Assembly (NCBI GenBank): GCA_963676015.2 | Contig: CAXXUQ010000003.1 | Coordinates: forward strand, 58,256-122,255 | Reading direction: 5' to 3' | Length of the DNA: 64,000 bases | Source: Prolixibacteraceae bacterium | Lineage (GTDB): Bacteria; Bacteroidota; Bacteroidia; Bacteroidales; Prolixibacteraceae | In this document: positions 37,738 to 46,820 of the stretch, in pieces | Layout: every line of letters begins with the position of its first letter | Position numbering within the stretch: position 1 is the stretch's first letter | Made by a program: the position numbers and the translations under genes | Notes under the pieces: model-generated | Databases searched by the model: none | Seen by the model: the letters and a program-made list of their open reading frames with translations, nothing else | Told to the model about the DNA's origin: nothing

Positions 37738-37942
37738 CGCTTCACGGAACGGTAAAGGGGAACTCGCCTTTCGTGGCTCGTTTCCTTCGGATGCGTTCAG
37801 TTTCATGGATTGCCCATTCCGGGCATAAAACTGACATGCACCCCGTTGACCTAATCCGTGATAGCTCAATGTCCGGTTACGCCGAAATTTTAACCGGCGT
37901 GCCAGATGCCAATATAAATCTGTAAGGCAGCAGTAAATAACT
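37738..37942 (+). repeat. structured leader, copy 2
   Basis: Near-identical to 35748-35882, with covarying downstream hairpins. Confidence 0.85.
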
Positions 37943-38302
37943 ATGAATAATGCAGCTAAGAAACTCGATGCTGAAAGTGTAGAACAACCTAAAACTTCTT
38001 TGGAAGTTGTAAAGAAAGATGAAAAAGAAGTTGCTGAAGTTCCTTCATTGGAGAAACGCATCCAGAAAGTGGAAGACCTAAGCATGCTCATCGAGAAGTG
38101 GCGCAAGCTCACCGAAACCAGAAGAAATCTCCAAACCTTCTCCCTGGGTGCTGACGGGTTGGGAGCAACAGTGTTCCTTCGGGACGCATCAGGAAAAGAG
38201 TTTAAAACTTCCAACACCCCTGTGGTATCCGCAGTGATGGAAGAAATCAAAACGACTTTGGATGAGAGGATCAAAGAAGTTGAAACCCAGATCAAATTTT
38301 GA
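37943..38302 (+). CDS. small acidic/helical hypothetical ICE protein
   Basis: 119 aa with coding-like composition; has its own structured leader and terminator. Confidence 0.7.
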   Translation: MNNAAKKLDAESVEQPKTSLEVVKKDEKEVAEVPSLEKRIQKVEDLSMLIEKWRKLTETRRNLQTFSLGADGLGATVFLRDASGKEFKTSNTPVVSAVMEEIKTTLDERIKEVETQIKF

Positions 38303-38307
38303 AAATA

Positions 38308-38332
38308 GGGAGGCAAAAGCCTCCCATTTTTT
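38308..38332 (+). terminator. intrinsic terminator
   Basis: GGGAGGC-AAAA-GCCTCCC-ATTTTTT. Confidence 0.8.
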
Positions 38333-38441
38333 GTCGCTTATAATTATATTCTATAGATACCTATGACTGTGATTGTATTTTATAATTTTTCATTTATTTT
38401 TCTTGAAAAGATTGCATGATTGAAATAATAAGCTTTACTTT

Positions 38442-38459
38442 GTTCGTCATTTCACGAAC
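38442..38459. promoter_or_regulatory. putative ArsR operator GTTCGT-N6-ACGAAC
   Basis: Palindrome just upstream of arsR, repeated at 40173-40190. Confidence 0.7.
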
Positions 38460-38467
38460 TACGAACA

Positions 38468-38791
38468 ATGCAAAAAGAAATAATTACAGAAGAACAGCAA
38501 AAGGCAGCCCGTTATGCCAAGGCGATGGGACATCCCATCCGTATGTATGTGCTTGACTTACTTTCAAAACAGTCATGTTGTTACAGTGGGGATTTAACCG
38601 AGGATCTTCCAATCGTCAAATCAACCCTTTCCCAACATCTGAAAGAACTGAAAGATGCTGGCTTAATTCAGGGTGAAATTGAAGCCCCACGAGTTAAATA
38701 TTGTCTGAATAAAGAAAACTGGAAGGAAGCACAAGATTTATTCCGCAAATTTCTGAAAATGGATATTGAAGAACAAATTCAAAAATATTAA
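38468..38791 (+). CDS. arsR: ArsR/SmtB repressor 1
   Basis: AKAMGHPIR..., SCCYSGDL, KSTLSQHLKELKDAGLI.G. Confidence 0.92.
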   Translation: MQKEIITEEQQKAARYAKAMGHPIRMYVLDLLSKQSCCYSGDLTEDLPIVKSTLSQHLKELKDAGLIQGEIEAPRVKYCLNKENWKEAQDLFRKFLKMDIEEQIQKY

Positions 38792-38804
38792 GAACAAAAT
38801 AATT

Positions 38805-39038
38805 ATGGAAATTAAAATTTTAGGCCCTGGTTGCCCAAAGTGTAAAACACTTGAAAAGTTGACCCGCGATGTGGTAGAACAAAATAGTATTGATGCCACT
38901 GTCACCAAAGTAGAGGACATCATGGAAATCATGAAATACGGAGTAATGACTACTCCAGCTCTCGTGGTAAACGGAAAAGTAGAAATCAAAGGACGTGTTC
39001 CTTCTTCAGACGAAATCAAGCAAGTATTAACACGATAA
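38805..39038 (+). CDS. small thioredoxin-like protein (MTH895/ArsE family)
   Basis: IKILGPGCPKCKTL...KVEDIMEIMKYGVMTTPALVVNG. Confidence 0.9.
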   Translation: MEIKILGPGCPKCKTLEKLTRDVVEQNSIDATVTKVEDIMEIMKYGVMTTPALVVNGKVEIKGRVPSSDEIKQVLTR

Positions 39039-39048
39039 AACATTCAGC

Positions 39049-39453
39049 ATGAAAAAAGTTATTTTCTTAAGTTTTGCCCTGATACTGATGAGCAGCTTGA
39101 TCTGCAATTCTCAAACCGTAAAAAAGGAAACGGCAGTTTCGGGAAATCAGATAGAAGCCTATTATTTTCATAACACAGTACGTTGTGAAACATGCAGAAC
39201 AGTGGAAGCTCAGGCAAAAGCTGATTTATTAAACCTTTATGGCGATCAGGTTACATTTAAGGCTTTAAATCTTGAGGACGATGCAACCAAACCGATTGCC
39301 GAAAAATTAAAGGTTTCAGGTCAAACACTGTTAATTGTAAAAAATGATCAGAAAATTAACCTTACCAACGAAGGATTTCTGTATGCTGTAACCAACCCTG
39401 CGAAATTTAAATCAATTATAAAAGCAAAGGTTGACCCACTACTAGATTTATAA
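39049..39453 (+). CDS. ArsF-family periplasmic thioredoxin-like protein
   Basis: Signal peptide; YYFHNTVRCETCRTVE. Confidence 0.8.
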   Translation: MKKVIFLSFALILMSSLICNSQTVKKETAVSGNQIEAYYFHNTVRCETCRTVEAQAKADLLNLYGDQVTFKALNLEDDATKPIAEKLKVSGQTLLIVKNDQKINLTNEGFLYAVTNPAKFKSIIKAKVDPLLDL

Positions 39454-39456
39454 ATC

Positions 39457-40155
39457 ATGGAGTTCCTGACCAATCTTCTTGAAAACAGCACCATGCCATG
39501 GCTTTCGGCATTGGTGCTGGGATTAATGACTGCAATCAGTCCTTGCCCGCTGGCCACCAATATCACGGCGGTTGGTTTTATCAGCAAGGACATTGAAAAC
39601 CGCAACCGTGTTTTCGTTAACGGGTTGCTTTATACGCTTGGACGTGCAATTTCTTACACTGCAATTGCCCTGATCATTTATTTTGGAGCCGATCAGTTTA
39701 AGTTTTCGGGCTTCTTCCAGCTTTACGGCGAAAAAATTGTAGGCCCATTGCTGATTATCATTGGATTGTTTATGCTCGATGTGATAAAAATTAAGTTTCC
39801 TGGCATGAGCGGATTGACTTCAAAAATGGAAGCCAAGACCAAATGGGGATTTTTTGATGCCATTTTGCTCGGAATGATTTTCGCTTTGGCTTTCTGTCCA
39901 TACAGCGGAGTACTTTATTTTGGCATGCTCGTTCCAATGACTGTTGCAAGTGCATCAGGCTTATATCTTCCTATCGTTTTTGCTTTGGCTACAGGTATTC
40001 CGGTGATCATTTTTGCATGGATTCTGGCCTTTTCGGTTAGCTCAATTGGTGGAGTTTATAACAAGATGAAGAACTTCGAAATTTGGTTCCGCCGAGTGAT
40101 TGCCGTACTCTTTATTGCAGTGGGTATCTATTACATTATCAGGGTATTCTTTTAA
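39457..40155 (+). CDS. ArsG-family (DsbD/CcdA-like) permease
   Basis: LGLMTAISPCPLATNI, FALAFCPYSGVLYFG. Confidence 0.85.
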   Translation: MEFLTNLLENSTMPWLSALVLGLMTAISPCPLATNITAVGFISKDIENRNRVFVNGLLYTLGRAISYTAIALIIYFGADQFKFSGFFQLYGEKIVGPLLIIIGLFMLDVIKIKFPGMSGLTSKMEAKTKWGFFDAILLGMIFALAFCPYSGVLYFGMLVPMTVASASGLYLPIVFALATGIPVIIFAWILAFSVSSIGGVYNKMKNFEIWFRRVIAVLFIAVGIYYIIRVFF

Positions 40156-40172
40156 AAAAATTTGATTTCTAT

Positions 40173-40190
40173 GTTCGTTATTTTACGAAC
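40173..40190. promoter_or_regulatory. second GTTCGT-N6-ACGAAC operator
   Basis: Identical half-sites to 38442-38459; lies upstream of the arsP-like permease. Confidence 0.7.
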
Positions 40191-40209
40191 AATTTTATAC
40201 AGTACGAAT

Positions 40210-41232
40210 ATGAAAAACATAAAAAATGTGATCTGGCTACCTCTCGCCCTTTTACCTGTTTGGTATATAATTTATCACAACCTTCAACCGATAACCGATT
40301 GGCTCATTGACACGGTTTTGGGAATGACCAAAGGGGCACATCTTACTGAAGCTCTCCGGTTCTTCGTTTTCGAGTTTCCCAAAGTGATGCTTTTACTTAC
40401 GCTCATAATATTCTTTGTCGGAATTATCCGCACCTACTTTACTCCTGAACGAACCCGAAAAGCCCTTGAAGGGAAAAAAACATTTACCGGCAATGTGATG
40501 GCTGCGACGCTGGGTATTGTCACCCCGTTTTGTTCGTGTTCAGCTATCCCACTGTTTTTAGGGTTTGTTGAATCAGGTGTTCCGCTTGGTGTAACGTTTT
40601 CTTTCCTGATTGCAGCTCCCATGATTAACGAAGTAGCCATTATTCTTTTGTATGGCATGTTTGGCTGGCAGGTCGCCGCTATTTATGTGGGAACCGGATT
40701 AGCCATTGCGATTCTTGCAGGCTGGATTATTGGACTACTGAAACTCGAAAAATGGGTAGAACCCTGGGTATATCAGACCCATATGGGAGATAGCGGATCG
40801 GAAGAAGAAAAATTAACTTTTGTCAGGCGGATAAATCTTGGCTATGATGCCATAAAAGAAATTGTAGGCAAAGTTTGGATTTATGTAGCACTTGGAATCC
40901 TGGTTGGCGCTGGCGCTCATGGATATGTTCCTGAAGATTTTATGGCTGCCTTAATGGGCAAATCGGCCTGGTATTCCATCCCATTATCTATCCTGATTGG
41001 TATCCCGTTGTATTCCAACGCAGCCGGGATCGTTCCGATTGTGTCGGTGCTGATTGAAAAAGGGGCATCACTTGGAACCGCTTTGGCCTTTATGATGGCA
41101 GTGATTGGGCTTTCATTACCCGAAATGGTAATACTCCGGAAAGTTCTAAAACTCCCGCTCATATTCACTTTCATTGGAGTCGTCGGGGTCGGAATCATGA
41201 TCGTTGGATATTTATTCAATTATATCTTCTAA
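40210..41232 (+). CDS. arsP: ArsP / DUF318-family permease
   Basis: TPFCSCSAIPLF.GF...GVPLGVTFSFL.AAPMINEV, IGIPLYSNAAG, LSLPEMVIL. Confidence 0.85.
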   Translation: MKNIKNVIWLPLALLPVWYIIYHNLQPITDWLIDTVLGMTKGAHLTEALRFFVFEFPKVMLLLTLIIFFVGIIRTYFTPERTRKALEGKKTFTGNVMAATLGIVTPFCSCSAIPLFLGFVESGVPLGVTFSFLIAAPMINEVAIILLYGMFGWQVAAIYVGTGLAIAILAGWIIGLLKLEKWVEPWVYQTHMGDSGSEEEKLTFVRRINLGYDAIKEIVGKVWIYVALGILVGAGAHGYVPEDFMAALMGKSAWYSIPLSILIGIPLYSNAAGIVPIVSVLIEKGASLGTALAFMMAVIGLSLPEMVILRKVLKLPLIFTFIGVVGVGIMIVGYLFNYIF

Positions 41233-41235
41233 GAA

Positions 41236-41724
41236 ATGAAAACAACAGAAAAACCCACATTACAAGACTTTCATATTGAAGGTGTAAAACACATCAACCC
41301 GGCTGATGCGCTGGAAACTATAAATAAAGGCGAAGCAGTAATGCTTGATGTACGCGAATTGAACGAAGTCAAGTTGGAAAGTGTGCCATTGGACCGGGTT
41401 ATCAATCATCCAATGTCTGTGATCATGGACCGGTTGCCATACATTGCAAAAGACCAGAATATTATTGTGGCTTGTCCCGGCGGTGTTCGTAGCGTAAAGG
41501 TTGCCAATTTACTTGTCATGCATGGCTACCCCCATGTGGCTAATCTCGACGGCGGATTAATGCTTTGGAAAGCAAAAGGATTGCCCTATGACAGCAGCAT
41601 TACTTCAGTAGGTTGTGGATGTAATTCAGGTACTCCATCAAAATCGAAATTTACATCACTTAAAATCGACTTAGGTGAAAATCTTAGTCGAAATATGGAC
41701 TTCAAAAATTTGAAGCGGATTTGA
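41236..41724 (+). CDS. rhodanese-domain protein
   Basis: MLDVRE..E, IIVACPGGVRS, VANLDGGL..W. Confidence 0.85.
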   Translation: MKTTEKPTLQDFHIEGVKHINPADALETINKGEAVMLDVRELNEVKLESVPLDRVINHPMSVIMDRLPYIAKDQNIIVACPGGVRSVKVANLLVMHGYPHVANLDGGLMLWKAKGLPYDSSITSVGCGCNSGTPSKSKFTSLKIDLGENLSRNMDFKNLKRI

Positions 41725-41753
41725 AATAAATCGGTCAGTAAAAACCAAAAATC

Positions 41754-42125
41754 ATGGAAACATCCGATTACAATAAAACTGCGCTGAAACTTTCTCCCAT
41801 GCTAAATGCTCTTTCGCATCCGGCAAGGTTGCAAATCATGTTACATCTGGCAAAGTATAATGGTTGTCAGGCTGGAAGTATTTCAGGAAAACTGCCACTT
41901 GCAAAATCAACAGTTTCGGAACATTTGAGCAAACTAAAGGAGGCAGGTTTAATTACTTGTGTTGTTGATGGAATTTGTTCAAACTATCAGATTAGCGATG
42001 AAGGTTACGAAATGGTAAAAGCAAGTTTTAATGAGTTTTTGGATCTGATGGAAGAAAGTCGGGCAAAACGCAGCGATTGTTGCCCGGTTCATCAGGGTAA
42101 CACACAAGTATTCTCGCACAGTTGA
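41754..42125 (+). CDS. ArsR/SmtB repressor 2
   Basis: LNALSHPARLQI, KSTVSEHLSKLKEAGLI; C-terminal CC. Confidence 0.88.
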   Translation: METSDYNKTALKLSPMLNALSHPARLQIMLHLAKYNGCQAGSISGKLPLAKSTVSEHLSKLKEAGLITCVVDGICSNYQISDEGYEMVKASFNEFLDLMEESRAKRSDCCPVHQGNTQVFSHS

Positions 42126-42166
42126 ATTGCTCTAAAAGAGTTGTAATTCAAAACATTATAAAAATC

Positions 42167-43069
42167 ATGGACGAACATCGCCATCACGCACCCAAAATTT
42201 CGAACCTAAACAGAGCATTTATCATTGGCATTGCCATTAATGCACTGTATGTGATTATTGAGTTTGGTGCGGGATTGTACTACGATTCGCTGGCTTTGAT
42301 TTCCGATGCCGGTCACAACCTGACCGATGTGGCATCGTTGGCCCTTGCCTTGCTTGCTTTCCGTCTGGCCAAAGTTAAGTCGAATGATAAATTCACGTAT
42401 GGGTATCGTAAATCAACCATTTTGGTTTCGTTGATTAATTCGGTGGTGCTTTTTGTCGCTATTGGCGGAATTCTATGGGAAAGTTTCAGCCGGTTGCATA
42501 ATCCGGTAGTAGTTGAAGGACTTCCCATCTCGGTGGTTGCCGGAATCGGAATTGTGATCAATGCTGTTTCTGCCTTCCTGTTTTTCAAAGACAAAGACAG
42601 CGACCTGAACGTGAAAGGAGCTTACCTGCACCTGATGGCCGATGCCGCAGTTTCGCTGGGAGTAGTGATTTCAGGAGTACTGATTTTCTTTTTCCAACTC
42701 TACTGGCTCGATTGGGTGATGAGTCTGGTGATTGTTCTGGTAATCTTCTATTCAACCTGGAACCTGTTCAAAGACAGCCTTTCCCTTACCCTTGATGGTG
42801 TACCAAAAGGCATCAACTTTAATGAGGTTGTTTCAGAAATAAAGGAAGTGGAAGGTGTTATCGACGTTCACCACCTGCATGTTTGGGCCATCAGTACCTC
42901 ACAAAATGCCATGACAGCACATATTCTCATTCCTTCGAATACAGGAATGGAACAACAAAACCTAATCAAGAATAAAATCAAACACGAGCTGGAGCATGTG
43001 AACATTCATCATGCCACGCTTGAGTTTGAAACTGAAGATGAAAATTGTATTGATACAAATGCAATTTAA
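42167..43069 (+). CDS. czcD: cation diffusion facilitator (CzcD-like) Zn/Co/Cd exporter
   Basis: SLALISDAGHNL.D, FTYGY.K..IL, GAYLHLMADA, HHLHVW.I. Confidence 0.92.
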   Translation: MDEHRHHAPKISNLNRAFIIGIAINALYVIIEFGAGLYYDSLALISDAGHNLTDVASLALALLAFRLAKVKSNDKFTYGYRKSTILVSLINSVVLFVAIGGILWESFSRLHNPVVVEGLPISVVAGIGIVINAVSAFLFFKDKDSDLNVKGAYLHLMADAAVSLGVVISGVLIFFFQLYWLDWVMSLVIVLVIFYSTWNLFKDSLSLTLDGVPKGINFNEVVSEIKEVEGVIDVHHLHVWAISTSQNAMTAHILIPSNTGMEQQNLIKNKIKHELEHVNIHHATLEFETEDENCIDTNAI

Positions 43070-43070
43070 A

Positions 43071-43847
43071 ATGAAAACTATGGAAACGACACAATCAAAT
43101 TCAGTAAAAATTAAGCAGATACTCGGTTTAAATACTTCTATGGTGGGCGTAAAATTCATCTTTTCAGAAAACGAAATTCCTTCTGGGGTTGAAAAGTTAA
43201 ACGGACACCGCTATTGCCAGGCATTGATGAAAGCACGCCATGGTTCGCCCGTCCTGCTTGATGCAGAAGGAATTGCCTGTCCGGCAGCGGCAGCCGCCTT
43301 TGGGTTTAAACCTTTGCCGGATGGTTTGAAAACTGGAAAAGGTCTGGTAGGCTTCGGCATTGTGAATAAAGATTCAACCGGAAAAGCGATGTTTGAAGGT
43401 ATGACCACTTTACCACAAGGAAAACTCAACGCATTGTATCTGTTTCCGCTCGAAGAAGCTACAATTGAGCCAGATATTGTGGTAGTGGAAGACGAAACCG
43501 AAAAGCTGATGTGGTTTGCCTTGGCTAACCTGAATGTGAAAGGCGGGCATCGGGTGGAAAGCAGTACGGCCATTTTGCAGGCAACCTGCGTGGATGCAAC
43601 AATCATTCCGTATTTACAACAAAAATTCAACATGAGCATGGGCTGTTATGGTTGCCGCGATGCAACCGACATTTGCCCCAACGAAACGGTTTTGGGTTTT
43701 CCATTCAAAGACTTTGATGCCATTGCCCAAAGCATTGAATTTCTAAGTCGGAAAGCCATTCCCAATTCAAGGGGCAAGAATGCTTTGGCTATGCTCAAAC
43801 GTAAAGAAGCAGAATCAATAAGTAAAAATGATCCTTTTACAAATTAG
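43071..43847 (+). CDS. DUF169-family protein
   Basis: RYCQALM.AR.G, CPAAA.AFG, QA.CVDA...PY, GCYGCR.AT. Confidence 0.85.
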   Translation: MKTMETTQSNSVKIKQILGLNTSMVGVKFIFSENEIPSGVEKLNGHRYCQALMKARHGSPVLLDAEGIACPAAAAAFGFKPLPDGLKTGKGLVGFGIVNKDSTGKAMFEGMTTLPQGKLNALYLFPLEEATIEPDIVVVEDETEKLMWFALANLNVKGGHRVESSTAILQATCVDATIIPYLQQKFNMSMGCYGCRDATDICPNETVLGFPFKDFDAIAQSIEFLSRKAIPNSRGKNALAMLKRKEAESISKNDPFTN

Positions 43848-43851
43848 TCTT

Positions 43852-44103
43852 ATGGAAAAATTCAAACATCTTGATGCAAAAACAATTGAATTAGCGGGTA
43901 TTGCAGCTTCAGTTGCAGGAGGTTGCCGACCTTGTCTTGATTTTCACTTTAAAAAGGCTCTTGAATTAGGTTGTTCATTGGAACAGGCTAAAGAAGCAAT
44001 CCAGCTTGGGAAAATGATTAAGCAGCGACCTATTAATGATATTTATGAACATGCTGATAAGTTAATTGCCAATAATAAATCATTTAAAATTAATGAATTA
44101 TGA
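43852..44103 (+). CDS. carboxymuconolactone decarboxylase/AhpD-family protein
   Basis: ELAGIAASVAGGCRPCLDFH.KKA..LG.S.EQ. Confidence 0.88.
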   Translation: MEKFKHLDAKTIELAGIAASVAGGCRPCLDFHFKKALELGCSLEQAKEAIQLGKMIKQRPINDIYEHADKLIANNKSFKINEL

Positions 44104-44504
44104 AAAAATCTATTTTGTTTTTTCTGGTTGCTTTTCTGACCATCTCAGGAGCAACATTCGGCAAATCGAAAGAAAACGTTGAAGTCCTTTATTTTAAAGC
44201 AAAACAATGTGCCTGTAAAACCATGACGTGCAACGCACTTGAGGATCAGGTAAAATCTGTAATCAATAAGGAATTCCCAGACAAGAACATCATATTTAAA
44301 CGAGTTTGGCTGAATGAAAAGGAAAACGATGCACTTATTCAAAAATATAGTGCCAAACCACAAACAGTTGTCTTGGTAAAAATGAAAAAAGACAAAGAAA
44401 CAGTAACCGAATTGACAGAAATTGTGAAAGATTTTGCAACGAAACAAAACAAAGAAAAGTTTGAAACGGAGCTGAAAGAAAAAATCAGTGCAAACTTAAA
44501 GTAA
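44100..44504 (+). CDS. periplasmic thioredoxin-like protein (ArsF-like paralogue)
   Basis: Signal peptide; VLYFKAKQCACKTMTCNALE. Confidence 0.65.
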   Translation: MKKSILFFLVAFLTISGATFGKSKENVEVLYFKAKQCACKTMTCNALEDQVKSVINKEFPDKNIIFKRVWLNEKENDALIQKYSAKPQTVVLVKMKKDKETVTELTEIVKDFATKQNKEKFETELKEKISANLK

Positions 44505-44528
44505 TCTATCACTCTGAAATAAAGTAAA

Positions 44529-45284
44529 ATGCTGTATATCATAGTCGCAGTTATTATCGCTGTCGCCTCTTTCGTATTTGCCATGCTGGGTTTGGGTGGT
44601 GGAATGGTTTATGTCCCCGTTCTCAACTGGGCCGGATTCGATATGAAGGAGGTCGCCATTCCGTTGGGGTTGTTGCTCAATGGATTAAATACTGCCCTGG
44701 TTCTTATTCCGTTTGCCCGCAAAAAACTGGTGGATTGGAAAGGGGGTTCGGTTATGGCTACTACCGCCCTGATTGCTTCTCCATTGGGAGCAATGATGAG
44801 CGGTCATGTTCCGGTGCAAACCCTGAAAATATTGTTTGCCGCGATGGTGGTTGCAGCCGCACTGCGTACACTTTGGGCTTCGAAACAAGCCGAACCTGAA
44901 GCGATGATGCCCTTGAAAAAGCGGAGTATAATTGGATTTTTTACTGGAAGTTTTGCCGGTTTTATTGGCGGGATGTTGGGACTGGGAGGTGGTTTTATTA
45001 TCGCTCCAATCCTGATGATGATGGGCTACAAAACTAAGGAAGCTGCGGCTACAACAGCATTGGTAGTCACTTTTTCATCGTTCTCCGGATATTTTGGGCA
45101 CGTTGCCCAAGGAGAAATGAACTGGCCTTTAACTATCGCGGTGGTCATTGCTGTGATTATTGGTTCGCAGCTTGGCGGAAGGTACATGACACAAAAAGCG
45201 AAGTCTAAGCAAGTAAAAATGATCTATGCCATCGTGCTCTTGTTGATTGCTATAAAAATGGTATTTGATGTCTTTTATAAATAA
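44529..45284 (+). CDS. TauE/SafE-family exporter
   Basis: Duplicated GLGGG..(Y/I).P motifs; polytopic. Confidence 0.9.
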   Translation: MLYIIVAVIIAVASFVFAMLGLGGGMVYVPVLNWAGFDMKEVAIPLGLLLNGLNTALVLIPFARKKLVDWKGGSVMATTALIASPLGAMMSGHVPVQTLKILFAAMVVAAALRTLWASKQAEPEAMMPLKKRSIIGFFTGSFAGFIGGMLGLGGGFIIAPILMMMGYKTKEAAATTALVVTFSSFSGYFGHVAQGEMNWPLTIAVVIAVIIGSQLGGRYMTQKAKSKQVKMIYAIVLLLIAIKMVFDVFYK

Positions 45285-45302
45285 ATATAAAAAATTAAGA
45301 AA

Positions 45303-45905
45303 ATGATTGATCCAAAAGATTGGCTCGAATTCGGGCAAAAATTTCACGGGCATAAATGTCCTGCCATGCCAATGGGCTTAAGAGTTGGCGCAGCCGCAAT
45401 GAACGCACTAGGTGTAGAACGTGCCAAAGACGGCCAGTTGGTTGCCTTTGTTGATTTGGGCGAAGACCATTGTGCCACTTGTTATGGCGATGGATTGCAG
45501 GTAATCATGGGAACAACCTTTGGTAAAGGCAATCTCAAAAAAACGCACAAAGGTAAATGGGCCGTTACTGTGGTTGATCGGGCTACCGGACGTGCTGTAA
45601 GAGTCACCCCAAAAGCCGAAGCCATGCTGAACAACAAAAAGACAGCATTTTTTACCGATTATCGGATGTTAGGCAAACCTGCCAGTACTGTGCCTGCCGA
45701 AATAGTTGATCCATTGGTAACCAATGTAATGAATTCACCAGTCGAAATGCTTCTTAACGTTTCTCCAATTTTCGAATACAAACTTGAACCAAAAAAAGAC
45801 AGTTTCGATGGTTTTGTTTGTGAAGAGTGTGGCGAAATGACCGTGATGGAATATGGTCGAATAAAAGGCGATAAAAAAGTTTGCATTGATTGTGCAGCGA
45901 AGTAA
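45303..45905 (+). CDS. FmdE-family protein with C-terminal Zn finger
   Basis: FHGHKCPAMPMGLR, C..C..DG.Q...GTT.GKGN, CEECGE...CIDC. Confidence 0.9.
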   Translation: MIDPKDWLEFGQKFHGHKCPAMPMGLRVGAAAMNALGVERAKDGQLVAFVDLGEDHCATCYGDGLQVIMGTTFGKGNLKKTHKGKWAVTVVDRATGRAVRVTPKAEAMLNNKKTAFFTDYRMLGKPASTVPAEIVDPLVTNVMNSPVEMLLNVSPIFEYKLEPKKDSFDGFVCEECGEMTVMEYGRIKGDKKVCIDCAAK

Positions 45906-45918
45906 CAAAATAATAAAA

Positions 45919-46275
45919 ATGGAAAATTCACCAAATTATCAAATTGTAAGTTGCAGCGGAGCTTCAAATACCGGGAAATTTACCGATGAAGTTGCCCGGA
46001 TGTTATCTGCCAGCGGCGATGCCAGTATGATATGTCTTGCTAAAGTGGCCATAAGCGACCAACCGCTTATCCAGAAAGTAAAGGAGCAAAAGACCAGAAT
46101 TGTAGTATTAGACGGCTGCCCTATTAACTGCGCAGAAAAACTCCTCGAAAGAGAAGGGATTACCGATATTATCCATATCAATACAACCGATTTCGACATT
46201 GTTAAAGGCAAAACACCTTTTAGCATTGAGAAAGCAAATGAAATTGTTGAGCACATAAAAAAAATAGCACACTAA
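45919..46275 (+). CDS. DGC-domain putative zinc-binding protein
   Basis: SCSGASNTG, MICLA, VLDGCPINCA. Confidence 0.9.
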   Translation: MENSPNYQIVSCSGASNTGKFTDEVARMLSASGDASMICLAKVAISDQPLIQKVKEQKTRIVVLDGCPINCAEKLLEREGITDIIHINTTDFDIVKGKTPFSIEKANEIVEHIKKIAH

Positions 46276-46308
46276 CTTGTTGAAAAACAAAATAATCATT
46301 GTATAAAA

Positions 46309-46728
46309 ATGAGAACAAAAGTTATTCAAAAACTATCATTGGTATTGATTTTACTTGCATTTATCCAAATAACCAGCTATGCCCAAAACACAGCACAGGA
46401 TAAAACGCAGAAACAAGCAACAGAACAGCAAAAGAATGCTGTGAAATACAAAGTAACTTTTATTGAACTTGGTTCAGTGCGCTGTATTCCTTGCCAGAAA
46501 ATGCAATCCGTAATGAAATCAATCGAAGAAAAATACGGCAATCAGGTAAAAGTGGTTTTTCATGACGTATGGACTCCCGACGGGAAACCCTTTGGAGTTC
46601 AATATGGCATTGAGTCAATCCCCACCCAGATATTTTTAGATGAAAATGGCAAGGAGTTTTCACGGCATGTGGGTTATTTCCCAGAAGAAGAACTGGTAAA
46701 AGTCCTGAAACAAAAAGGTGTAAAATAA
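46309..46728 (+). CDS. exported thioredoxin-family protein
   Basis: FIELGSVRCIPCQKM, IPTQIFLD..GKE..RHVG. Confidence 0.9.
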   Translation: MRTKVIQKLSLVLILLAFIQITSYAQNTAQDKTQKQATEQQKNAVKYKVTFIELGSVRCIPCQKMQSVMKSIEEKYGNQVKVVFHDVWTPDGKPFGVQYGIESIPTQIFLDENGKEFSRHVGYFPEEELVKVLKQKGVK

Positions 46729-46820
46729 ATATACTTTGCCCTCTAAAAGAAACATTTAGTTACAATCCGGTTTGCGAAAAAAGTAAAATTCAGTTATTAA
46801 CCTTTAAACATCAATTTATT

